Shown here: piece by piece, positions 11,326 through 20,243 of the stretch
Position numbering within the stretch: position 1 is the stretch's first letter
How the letters are laid out: each line of letters starts with the position of its first letter
From: Candidatus Hadarchaeota archaeon
GTDB lineage: Archaea > Hadarchaeota > Hadarchaeia > Hadarchaeales > Hadarchaeaceae
Direction: 5' to 3'
Length of the DNA stretch: 32,000 nt
Assembly (NCBI GenBank): GCA_964514965.1
Contig: CAZETV010000001.1
Span: 270,001-302,000, forward strand
The notes under the pieces: model-generated
Seen by the model: the letters and a program-made list of their open reading frames with translations, nothing else
The model's database searches: none
What the model was told of the DNA's origin: nothing
Translations under genes and position numbers: made by a program

Positions 11326-13494
11326 GTGATTCTGATTACTGGTCTTAAAAGATGGCATGAACTCCCCCAGCGAGTTGCCCTGTGTCCTATGGAGTATTTT
11401 ACGAAATATGTCGGCGAGGTAGATGTCAAGAAGATTTTTGCGGACATGGCTAAAGCAAACATAACTGTCGCCATCCCAACCGCCAAGTTTCCCGAAGGTT
11501 ACGTTTCGTACCCCAGTAAGATTGCACCGGCGCATCCGAGTCTTAACGGTCGAGACTTACTCAATGAGATGGTTGAGGAAGCTCACAGAAATGGGATAAA
11601 AATTCTTGTTTACGTTGGCGTTGCTTGCGATAACACCATTTGTGAAAAACATCCGGACTGGGCTTCGCTATATGCTAATGGTGAAGCAGCTTGTTATAGC
11701 GATGGGAAATCTCCATGCTTCGGCAGCAGCCCATACCGACAATACTTACTGGACCTCATTAAAGAAATTGTAACGAATTACGATATAGACGGAATTTGGT
11801 TGGATGAAGTTCATTGGCAGTACGTGTTAAAAGGAGAAATGTTATGTTATTGTGATCACTGTAAGGAGAAGTTTAAATTAAGATATGGATCAGACATTCC
11901 GACTAAACCCGATTGGAGCAATCCTATTTGGAAAAATTTCATAAAATGGCATTACGATACTGTAAACGAATTCCTCGCAGATGTCAATAAAGTAGTCAAG
12001 TCCACACGACCAGAATGTATCGTGACAAATAACCTATATTTCGAGTTTTTTTTGGCGCATGGACATGACTTCAATAATTTGCCAAAATTGGTTGATGTTC
12101 CCCACGCCGAGGCTCTTTGGAAATTCGGTGGCACTTTGTGGCATCCAGGCCGGGTCACAAAACTCCTGAGAGCTATTAGTGAAGGTAAGCCCATTTGGAC
12201 AAATGTGCCAGCTTGGGACTTTTCTCTGTACACATCAGCTTCCGAAATAGATTTGGAAGCCCAAACTTGGCAAATAATCGCGAATGGGGGATCTCCCAAG
12301 TATTGGTTGAGTTTTCACATGTATTTCATGGATCCGAGAGTGGTGGAGACAATCGGTAAAGTTTACTCTAAGGTTAAGCGCGTGGAAGAATATTTGGTAG
12401 ATACCGAGCCAGCAAAGTACGCCGCCCTGCTGTGTTCACAAAATTCGAGAGATTGGTACGGTAAGAATGACCCGGAGAAACATATTGATTGCTTTTTAGG
12501 GTTTTATGAGGCTCTGAGAGAAGAGCACATACCATTCGGGATATTGCTGGATCACCATATCGATCCCGAAGTGCTTTCAGGTTATAAGGTCCTCATACTT
12601 CCGAATGCAGCCGCGCTAAGCGATTCACAAATTGACGCGATAAAGGACTTCGTAAAGAAAGGTGGAGGTTTGGTTGCGACATACGAAACATCATTGTATG
12701 ATGAAAATGGTGATCGTCGGGAAGATTTCGGGCTTTCGAAAGTTTTGAGCTTGCATTATAAAGGCCAAAGTCAATTTGACTGGCATTATATGAAAATCTT
12801 AAAGAAACATCCGATAACTATTGGAATTGACCAGAGGACACGGATGTTATCTTACGGACATCAGCCCAGAGTGGAAGCAGAGAAGGGCTCTGACGTGATA
12901 CTGAATATGATTGACCCAATGGTGAAGGACTATTGTGCTTCTTTTATATTTCCAAATCCTCCTCCAGGAGAAGAAACGGATGAGCCAGCGCTGATAACCT
13001 CGTCTTACGGAAAAGGTAGAGTGGTTTACTCCCCCAGAATCGACTTCACCTATTATCACCGAGGATGTCCATGGTTCAGACAGCTAATGTGCAACTCCGT
13101 CAAGTGGGCTGCAAACGAAGGACTCCCGCTGGAGACCAATGCACCATCTACAGCTGAAGTCACATTTTGGCATCAACCCAGCAAAAATAGGTCAATAATA
13201 CATGTCGCCAATGTTAGCTGCAACCAGACCAACATTACCATGAGGGAAGGAATAAGACCGGCTGGACGTCTTCCTTTTTTCACGGAAAGCAGGGGGACAA
13301 TAAGCGCCATAAAAGAAATAATCCCCATACACGATGCTAAGATTAAAGTTCAGATATTTAAAGGAAAAAAAATTGAAAACATTTTTCTAGTCTTCACCAA
13401 CAAAAAATTAGACTACAAAGTTTCAGACAATTATGTTGAATTTATGGTCCCAAAAGTGCATGCGTATGATGCGGCAGTGATTTCATACAAATAA
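11326..13494 (+). CDS. Large putative glycoside hydrolase (beta-galactosidase-like, with a GH42-type trimerization-like domain)
   Basis: TIM-barrel-like segments 'EEAHRNGIKILVYVG', 'YDIDGIWLDEVHW', then 'SGYKVLILPNAAALSDSQIDAIKDFVKKGGGLVATYETSLYDENGDRREDFGLSKVL', typical of the middle domain of GH42-like proteins. Confidence 0.7.
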   Translation: MILITGLKRWHELPQRVALCPMEYFTKYVGEVDVKKIFADMAKANITVAIPTAKFPEGYVSYPSKIAPAHPSLNGRDLLNEMVEEAHRNGIKILVYVGVACDNTICEKHPDWASLYANGEAACYSDGKSPCFGSSPYRQYLLDLIKEIVTNYDIDGIWLDEVHWQYVLKGEMLCYCDHCKEKFKLRYGSDIPTKPDWSNPIWKNFIKWHYDTVNEFLADVNKVVKSTRPECIVTNNLYFEFFLAHGHDFNNLPKLVDVPHAEALWKFGGTLWHPGRVTKLLRAISEGKPIWTNVPAWDFSLYTSASEIDLEAQTWQIIANGGSPKYWLSFHMYFMDPRVVETIGKVYSKVKRVEEYLVDTEPAKYAALLCSQNSRDWYGKNDPEKHIDCFLGFYEALREEHIPFGILLDHHIDPEVLSGYKVLILPNAAALSDSQIDAIKDFVKKGGGLVATYETSLYDENGDRREDFGLSKVLSLHYKGQSQFDWHYMKILKKHPITIGIDQRTRMLSYGHQPRVEAEKGSDVILNMIDPMVKDYCASFIFPNPPPGEETDEPALITSSYGKGRVVYSPRIDFTYYHRGCPWFRQLMCNSVKWAANEGLPLETNAPSTAEVTFWHQPSKNRSIIHVANVSCNQTNITMREGIRPAGRLPFFTESRGTISAIKEIIPIHDAKIKVQIFKGKKIENIFLVFTNKKLDYKVSDNYVEFMVPKVHAYDAAVISYK

Positions 13495-13495
13495 T

Positions 13496-14611
13496 TTAGC
13501 GCTTACTCTTTTGCACATAATCCAAAATGACTTGCGTAGCTCTAGCAGCACCCTTTCCATCAACAAGCTTCTTACCGGCCTTGGACATCGCTTCTCTTTT
13601 TTTCGTGTCAGCGAGTATTTCAGTAATCTTTTCGGCAAGCGTTTTTGGCTCGAGAGATTCTAAAGAGTAATGCACGCCCGCTCCCGCGTTCTCTATCCAC
13701 GAAGAAGTTTGTGATGGATCCCCTTGAAAAGAAGAGTTAATCATTATTTGCGGTGTGCCAATAGCTGCTGCTTCTGAGGCAGTCAAAAATCCTCCGTGGT
13801 TTATGATGAGATCACTATCCAAAGTATACTCAGGGAGATTTGGTAACCATCTCGTAATCATAATATTTTCATCACCCAATGTGCTGGGGAATATTTCATT
13901 GGGATCATTTAAAATTATATATGCGTCTGGATTTTCTTTTTTTATCATGCCAAATATATTTACAACGATTTTGAGTATTCCTTGCAGTACCGCGCTCCCC
14001 CCGATAGTCACTAGAATAACAAGCTTATCCTCAGGTATGTTAAGCTTCTTTCGAACATCATTTTTGTTCTGGTTTTTAATGTGATTGATCTCTGGCGAAA
14101 TAACTGGTCCGACAAAGCGTATCTTATTTTTGGGCATAATATCCGGTATAAAGCTTGAAGATAGTTTATCCTGCAGATACATAAACAGGATTAAGTCGTT
14201 AAGAAGATAAGTCGGATCCAGCAGCCAAGACTCCAACATATTGGTTATCACAAAGTGAGGGATACCCAAACTTTTTGCTCCAAAAAGAGATAAATACGAA
14301 AAATTCTCCCCCAATACAACATCAGGTTTATACAATTCAGAAATGGCGGCGACTCTATAGTTTCTAGTTAGGACATGTTCATAAGTCTGTTCAAAAAAGG
14401 GGAGTGGTTGATGTTTTAGCGCAGGAAAGCCTTCTCTTGTAACTGCGTCGAATTCTTTCCCCGCCGCTAAAAACAAAACCTGCCCACCTCTATTTACAAT
14501 CTCTTTAGCTAGTGCCAGCCCAGTTAGAACGTGACCCATCACCCACCCTTCATGGAAAAATTGCATATTTGGTAGCGCGATAAGCACCTTGCTCCCACTT
14601 TGTTCAGACAT
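13496..14611 (-). CDS. UDP-glycosyltransferase-like protein (GT1/GT28 fold)
   Basis: 'HVLTGLALAKEIVNRGGQVLFLAAG', 'ILVTIGGSA', 'LPEYTLDSDLIINHGGFLTASEAAAIGTPQIMIN'. AGGAGGT upstream of the ATG. Confidence 0.8.
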   Translation of the reverse strand: MSEQSGSKVLIALPNMQFFHEGWVMGHVLTGLALAKEIVNRGGQVLFLAAGKEFDAVTREGFPALKHQPLPFFEQTYEHVLTRNYRVAAISELYKPDVVLGENFSYLSLFGAKSLGIPHFVITNMLESWLLDPTYLLNDLILFMYLQDKLSSSFIPDIMPKNKIRFVGPVISPEINHIKNQNKNDVRKKLNIPEDKLVILVTIGGSAVLQGILKIVVNIFGMIKKENPDAYIILNDPNEIFPSTLGDENIMITRWLPNLPEYTLDSDLIINHGGFLTASEAAAIGTPQIMINSSFQGDPSQTSSWIENAGAGVHYSLESLEPKTLAEKITEILADTKKREAMSKAGKKLVDGKGAARATQVILDYVQKSKR

Positions 14612-14884
14612 TCTTCATACCTCCTTGGCAAGTCGTTGGAAATACATAGAGTCTATTAAGGAGGATTGGGAAAAAAAAGTAAACCTACGGAAAAGCCAAA
14701 CCGGGAAAACGGCAGATGATGAAAAAGAAGGCGCGACGGAACCTTCCCAAAAGGAAGAAAACTAAGGACGCCCGCCCGATGAACAGATCATGAGCTGCAA
14801 GGGTCTTACTGTCGAACCGTCCGGGGCCATATTTCCGTATGTTCTCCAATCCTACTTTTAACACTAATTTGGTGTATTGTTTTA

Positions 14885-15052
14885 TTAGTCTTTCTTTTTT
14901 CTATCTTTCTCGTGTTTTGATTTTTCCAGTTCTTTTGTTATAAGTTCCTCAATGAAGTCGGTGAGAGTTAATCCTTTATCTATCGCTAATTTTTTAGCCT
15001 CTTTCCATATCTCTGGGTCGGCCTTGATACTCGTGGTTCGCCTTTCTGCCAT
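14885..15052 (-). CDS. Short ribbon-helix-helix-like DNA-binding protein (55 aa), below the ORF-track cutoff
   Basis: Translated by hand: MAERRTTSIKADPEIWKEAKKLAIDKGLTLTDFIEELITKELEKSKHEKDRKKKD*. This has the beta-strand + two-helix pattern of CopG/ParD/Arc proteins. GAGGTG upstream of the ATG. Confidence 0.75.
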   Translation of the reverse strand: MAERRTTSIKADPEIWKEAKKLAIDKGLTLTDFIEELITKELEKSKHEKDRKKKD

Positions 15053-15073
15053 ATCTACCCACCTCTATTTAGT

Positions 15074-15169
15074 AGTAATACTATTTAAAGGTAATACTAA
15101 TTTTATAGTATTACTTTCGGTGACCCCTCCCCTAAAACCATATGAGTAATATTAGTATTACGTAATACT
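15074..15169. repeat. Array of GTAATACT half-sites in both orientations (candidate operators)
   Basis: Exact GTAATACT at 15075-15082, 15091-15098 and 15162-15169; exact reverse complement AGTATTAC at 15107-15114 and 15154-15161; one-mismatch GTAATATT at 15146-15153. Contains the perfect 16-bp palindrome AGTATTACGTAATACT (15154-15169) and the 11-bp inverted pair AGTAATACTAT/ATAGTATTACT (15074-15084 / 15105-15115). Confidence 0.85.
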
Positions 15170-15181
15170 TGAGGAAGCAAG

Positions 15182-16135
15182 ATGATAACATTAAAACAAG
15201 AAACCGCAATAATAGGCGGGGAGTTGAAATCCTGCGAACCAATTATTTGCAACCGTTGCGGCTCTGAGAATCTCATTAGACGGGGTTATCGAAGAAACAA
15301 GAACCACAAAGTCCAGCGTTTCGGGTGCAAGGATTGCGGTCACAGGTTTGTCGTTGAGCTTGACGGGTTCAGGAAGATGGTCTACAGGCCGGAGACCGTC
15401 ACCCTCGTTTTAGACCTCTATTTCAAGGGGCTTTCTCTGCAAAAGATAGTGGATCACTTGAAGCAATTCCACCACTTAGAGGTTCACAACACGATCGTTC
15501 TGAAATGGATTCAAAAATATGTCAAAGTCATGGGGGATTATGTCAGTCAGCTAAAGCCCGAAGTCTCGAACGTTTGGCATTCTGATGAAATGGTGGTAAA
15601 CGTAAATGGAAAATATCGCTGGCTGTGAAACCTTCTCGACAAGGACACGCGGTTCTTGTTAGCCACGCAACTGACCGAGCAGAGATACACAGATGACGCA
15701 AAGACCCTTTTTCACGAAGCCAAAGTCACGGCTGACAAAAGCCCTAAGGCAATAGTCACCGATGGTCTGCCAGCGTATCGACACGCATATTTGTCGGAAT
15801 TCTGGACGGAAGACCTGAGAACACGCTTTTTGCGCATGGTGACGCTGGGAGACAAGACCAACCAAAACATCATCGAGAGATACAACGGCACGAACCGAGA
15901 GAGAAACAAGACGATGAGGGCATTGGATACGGACAAATCGGCTCAGACTTACGTTGACGGTTTCCAAGTCTATTACAACTTCATCAAACCGCACATGGGG
16001 CTTGACGGCAAAACGCCAGCCGAAGCCGCAGGTCTTGATTTGGGATTGATTGAAAACCGCTGGCTGTATTTGTTGGACAAGAGTCTCAAGTCCCGAAATT
16101 CAGCAACGGGCAATTTGGATGTGAAAAGTCCCTGA
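15182..16135 (+). mobile_element. IS-type DDE transposase (IS6-like, N-terminal zinc ribbon) interrupted by an in-frame TGA
   Basis: Part 1: ICNRCGSENLIRRGYRRNKNHKVQRFGCKDCGHRF...VSNVWHSDEMVVNVNGKYRWL*. Part 2, same frame: NLLDKDTRFLLATQLTEQRYTDDAKTLFHEAK...IVTDGLPAY...ERYNGTNRERNKTMRAL...YYNFIKPHMGLDGKTPAEAAG. The TGA at 15626-15628 is in frame. No terminal inverted repeats were confidently identified. Confidence 0.85.
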
Positions 16136-16160
16136 GGTTCAGCAGAACCCGAAAATCAAC

Positions 16161-18362
16161 TCACCCATATAAATTACGGATCTCCAGCACGCAGACCTCT
16201 TGTGATTCCAACTCCCGCTCAATCTGGAGGCCGTTTTCGTAGCTCCAGTTCACCTCCGCTTGCTTGGAGATATCAAAAATCCTGTATTTTCCATTGGGGA
16301 CTCGAAGACGGAAACTGATGTTGGCTTTTTTGTCACCGTGGTTAAAGCCGAACAGAAGCCTGTATCCTTCGCCCTCCAAAATCCGCCCTTCCGCCTTGCC
16401 CCCGTGTATTTCCACCAGAGGTTCAACACCGGCCCATTTAAAGAGGCCTTTCAAGAACTTTTCGTTTTCCTCATCACGAAGTTTTTCGTATGCCTCGCTG
16501 ACCAAAGATCCCACTAATACCGCCTTGCCTTTGCCGTAGCTGTTAATTATCATCGCTGGAGAACCGTCCTCAAAGCGTGCCAAAATTTTTGCAGTATCCT
16601 TCGACGGTTCCAAGGCCTCTTCGTAAAGCGACCCTGAAATTTTCATTTTTCCTGCTAGAGATGGCGCAAACTCTTGCGGTGATTCCACCAGTAGATTCGG
16701 CTTCTGCCTCTCGCGTATCCATCGCTCCTTGCAACCGAAAACCTCATGCAGGCCGAGACCAGGGATCACATCTGAACATCGCCCCTTCTCATCGCTCCAC
16801 CCAGGCCTAATTTCCGCCACCAGCTTTCCCCCCTGACGGACAAACTCTTTTATGCCTTCGGCGATTTCGGATGTCATCATGATAGCGAAAGGCATGACGA
16901 TGAGTTTGTAATTTTTCACTTTCCCCTTGGCGAAATCATTGATGTGGATGAAATCTACCGGGATGTTCTCCTCCAATAGGGCACGATAGATGCCCGTTAA
17001 AGCTGAGGATATAATATTTACAATCTCATTAGCTCGCTCCCTAGAACAAGCCAGCATGATGTAGGAATAGATGTCGTACACTATACCTACTTCCGCTTGC
17101 GGAGTCTTGGCGTTTGAAAATAACTCCATATTTTTATCGACTATTTCCGCGACCTTTCCAGCCGCCCGGGCCTGCTCAGTTATGCTCCCGCCCAAGTTTA
17201 TCAATCCGAACCCGGAGGTCTCATACCCGCAGCTCATCGGGTACCAAGCGTAGAAGTTCAACCCTTTCGCATTTCGGGATATCGCGCTCCAAGCCCACAT
17301 CTGCACGTCCTCGGGGGTGACCGGCTCTCCAAAGTGAATCCCCGTCGTGCCGTCTCCGCCCTGAAGTTCTCCAATCCAGAAATCTTTACCTTGACTGTTA
17401 GAAGAAGATCGGGTCGCATCGAGAGCCACCCCGCGCTGTGCAGGATCGAGCGGCATGCCCGCGCCGATGTGTTTCGGGTACATCGATGTCCCCCAAACAT
17501 CGACCTTTTTGGCCATCTCCCAATCATCAGGGTTACCATACCAATTTAGGGGCGGGATGAAAACCGAACTGAGGGCGGCGTGACTGGAAACCACATGGTC
17601 GGGATCGCTCTTCTTGATCGTCTGAACTCGCCACTCGAGATCCTCTGCCAGCTTTTCTATGTTGAAGATCTGCCAGTCTACGAGATCCCGCCAGGTCGAC
17701 AACGTCACGTACTTCGGCGGGATTACTTCGTCCCAGTCCCGATATGCGCGATACCAGGCCCTGTTCAGGTTGCCTATATCGCCGTAAAGCTTTTCCAGCC
17801 AACGGCGAAATCGCTCCTGACTGTGACTACAATAGCAGAACCAACCGACCGATTCAGGGAGCCAATCTAGCCAAGTCCAACTAATCACATGCGGTTCGCT
17901 CCAGACATCCCAACCCAAAAAGGCTGGGCTGCCCTTTACTCGCTCGGCCACTTTTTGCATGAAAAGCTCCGCTTCTTTCCTGACATCCGGGTGGTCGCAA
18001 CAAAATCCCGGTGAAGCCTGCGAGTCAACAATGTCATCGCTTTGTGCTTGAAAGCGTGAATCGGGATGTAAAGAGGCGATCCAGTTGGGCGCCGAGTCTA
18101 GATAAAGCTGAATGATCACCTTTAATCCATTTTTTTCCGCCAAATCCATGAGACGGTCTATGAAGTCCAAATTCCAAACCCCGGGTTCTGGCTCTACTGT
18201 TAGCCAGTCGACCCAATACCTCACGGCGTTGAAACCGAGTTTTTTTACGTTCCCGATGTCCATCTCGGCGATTTTGTAGCTTTCTTCGGTAGGTTGGGCA
18301 AGCATGGGCGCACGCGCCTTAGCTTCGCCGTACCACACGGAAATCGGAAAGAAACCTGCCAT
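16161..18362 (-). CDS. Glycoside hydrolase family 42-like beta-galactosidase
   Basis: 'GFNAVRYWVDWLTVEPEPGVWNLDFIDRLMDLAEKNGLKVIIQL', 'FLGWDVWSEPHV', 'DVWGTSMYPKH', 'FWIGELQGG', and C-terminal 'NSYGKGKAVLVGSLV'. Confidence 0.85.
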   Translation of the reverse strand: MAGFFPISVWYGEAKARAPMLAQPTEESYKIAEMDIGNVKKLGFNAVRYWVDWLTVEPEPGVWNLDFIDRLMDLAEKNGLKVIIQLYLDSAPNWIASLHPDSRFQAQSDDIVDSQASPGFCCDHPDVRKEAELFMQKVAERVKGSPAFLGWDVWSEPHVISWTWLDWLPESVGWFCYCSHSQERFRRWLEKLYGDIGNLNRAWYRAYRDWDEVIPPKYVTLSTWRDLVDWQIFNIEKLAEDLEWRVQTIKKSDPDHVVSSHAALSSVFIPPLNWYGNPDDWEMAKKVDVWGTSMYPKHIGAGMPLDPAQRGVALDATRSSSNSQGKDFWIGELQGGDGTTGIHFGEPVTPEDVQMWAWSAISRNAKGLNFYAWYPMSCGYETSGFGLINLGGSITEQARAAGKVAEIVDKNMELFSNAKTPQAEVGIVYDIYSYIMLACSRERANEIVNIISSALTGIYRALLEENIPVDFIHINDFAKGKVKNYKLIVMPFAIMMTSEIAEGIKEFVRQGGKLVAEIRPGWSDEKGRCSDVIPGLGLHEVFGCKERWIRERQKPNLLVESPQEFAPSLAGKMKISGSLYEEALEPSKDTAKILARFEDGSPAMIINSYGKGKAVLVGSLVSEAYEKLRDEENEKFLKGLFKWAGVEPLVEIHGGKAEGRILEGEGYRLLFGFNHGDKKANISFRLRVPNGKYRIFDISKQAEVNWSYENGLQIERELESQEVCVLEIRNLYG

Positions 18363-18573
18363 TTCTATTCTCCCCTTTCCTTCATCATTTTTTTACCTAT
18401 TATGACTACTTTCCCCGTCCCCTCAATCGTATTTATCCCAGTCAACTTCTATCCTCACATTTTCACCTATCTCGTCTGAAACTCAATCAGTCTTTTTTTT
18501 TACTATTAACCGTGTATTCATGTTTATTTAAATATTGCGAATCTAGATTCGGTCATAAAAGTTCAATTTACGG

Positions 18574-19902
18574 TTAAAATTCGATAAAATCGATATTTAG
18601 CAGTTCACTTATTATTCCCAATTTTTTGGCGTGACTGCCATAAGCTAGTACACGATGTTCGCCATAGAAATTATTAACGAATTTTTGAGGAGTTTCAGTT
18701 TTAACTCCTATTTTTGTTCTGCATCCTCTCTCTGATTCTATATTATCTTCGATCCTTGATTCGAATGCAATCATTTTGTAACCGCAAAACTTTTTGGATG
18801 CGATCACTTCCTGATACGCTTCGCTCCCCGATATATCCGCGTGCGCCATGCTCATCAATTCTGCAATAGTTACTGTCTGTCCCACTTTCATTTTGACCTG
18901 TAAACCGACTTTATCTCCAGATTCTGCATGGCTTCTTAAAATATAGTCCTCATGTGTCGCTGGAAATCCATTCATCTTAGTGGGTGAGGTACAATGGCTA
19001 AATATCATTTCTTTTTTATCAGTATCTATCACGGGGTCTGACATATACGATGGTCTATCAGCAAGATAGCGAAAAATAAGCATTGCTAGCATCGTGTCAA
19101 GGTCTGCTTCGCAAGCGGCCACAATCCCTTGATCATTCAGCAGGGAGTTGGCTATGCATGGTGTAGCTGGAATTGCATCTGACGGAACTACACCACCGGG
19201 TAAGCAATCTATGGTGAGAGCATTGGCTTTCTCTTCTTTTAGGATATATTTCACTGCCAGATATAATTTCACAGCATTAACGATATCTGCTTTCGAGGGT
19301 TCAATTATCTTCTTCGCATTTTTCATCACTTCATTCGTTAATTTCTCGGCTTCATCTATCTTCACAGAATTGTAGGCATTTTCAAGTCTCTTATGTCCTA
19401 TCTGTTTGATTTCGACACTGAATATCCTTTTAACCCTGTCCACATAGGAAGGGGGAATCCACCTATCTTTAAACACTAATATTTTGGTTCTCTTCAGTTT
19501 TGCTATTGCATCAATTATTTCTATTTTTTCGTTTAGATCATCCATGTTGCTTGATGCCACGACTATAACATTCTTTTTTTCTCTTTTGAAGCGCCCCGAC
19601 CCATCCCAGTAAGTACTAAACGGTTTTGTGTAGAGAATAATTGGTACTCCAAAATCTGCAATTTTAAAGAGTAAATCTGGTGCGGCCGACCCCAATTCCG
19701 TAGTTAAATAGGAGACTAGGAGCCCATCAGCACCACGTATTTTACCCGACAATTCAACAAGTTCCTCATCAGTGGACACCAGATCAAAGCCAGTAAATTT
19801 TATTTCGGTGCTCAATTTTTTTCTTAATTTTTCCAATTGTGATTTAAGAATCTTTATTTCCTTATCAATATCAAAATTGGCGTGAGGCCAACCTTTTTGC
19901 AT
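18574..19902 (-). CDS. L-fucose/L-arabinose isomerase-like protein
   Basis: 'LTIDCLPGGVVPSDAIPATPCIANSLLNDQGIVAACEADLDTMLAMLIFRYLADRPSYMSDPVIDTDKKEMIFSHCTSPTKMNG' is characteristic of the fucose-isomerase-like family. The open frame continues upstream of the first ATG with plausible coding (IQVIFVGKRG). Confidence 0.8.
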   Translation of the reverse strand: MQKGWPHANFDIDKEIKILKSQLEKLRKKLSTEIKFTGFDLVSTDEELVELSGKIRGADGLLVSYLTTELGSAAPDLLFKIADFGVPIILYTKPFSTYWDGSGRFKREKKNVIVVASSNMDDLNEKIEIIDAIAKLKRTKILVFKDRWIPPSYVDRVKRIFSVEIKQIGHKRLENAYNSVKIDEAEKLTNEVMKNAKKIIEPSKADIVNAVKLYLAVKYILKEEKANALTIDCLPGGVVPSDAIPATPCIANSLLNDQGIVAACEADLDTMLAMLIFRYLADRPSYMSDPVIDTDKKEMIFSHCTSPTKMNGFPATHEDYILRSHAESGDKVGLQVKMKVGQTVTIAELMSMAHADISGSEAYQEVIASKKFCGYKMIAFESRIEDNIESERGCRTKIGVKTETPQKFVNNFYGEHRVLAYGSHAKKLGIISELLNIDFIEF

Positions 19903-20178
19903 CCCACGTTTTCCAACAAATATTACTTGAATGATTAGATTACCTCCCTATTTTACGGGCCCTCAAATCTAGATAGTTTTAGAAATATTAAGAAGTTAAC
20001 ATTTCTCCTAATTGTTTGAAACCGGTTATTTTTACTATTCTTTTATTCGTGGAGTAAATCATAAATATTTTACAATTATAGAGCTATTTTTGATTATTTT
20101 TTACAAAATTTATTACTTTATTTAAATTTTTTTCATGTTTAAATCAAAATAATAGATAATCCGACTCAAAATGATACA

Positions 20179-20186
20179 TTTATAAG
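20179..20186 (+). promoter_or_regulatory. Candidate TATA box for the three-gene cassette
   Basis: TTTATAAG about 60 nt before the GTG start at 20244, with GAGGTGAT RBS at 20233-20240. Confidence 0.45.
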
Positions 20187-20243
20187 GGAAAATGATATTG
20201 GTATCTTGTAAAGTCATCCCAGCTAATTAGATGAGGTGATATT

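Noticed and set aside
14612-14884. Lysine-rich short frames between the glycosyltransferase and the RHH gene (e.g. MMKKKARRNLPKRKKTKDARPMNRS)
   Set aside because: Too short and compositionally biased. No RBS or homology clue, so likely non-coding or degraded sequence.
16136-16160. GGTTCAGCAGAACC hairpin after the transposase as a terminal inverted repeat
   Set aside because: No matching sequence found at the left side of the transposase. It is a local 5-bp stem and may only be a terminator-like hairpin.
19954-19962. TACGGGCCC, identical to 9 nt of the tRNA-Arg 5' end region (22937-22945), as a possible attachment-site duplication
   Set aside because: Only 9 nt, from the 5' acceptor side and not the 3' half normally duplicated by integrases, and the flanks do not match.
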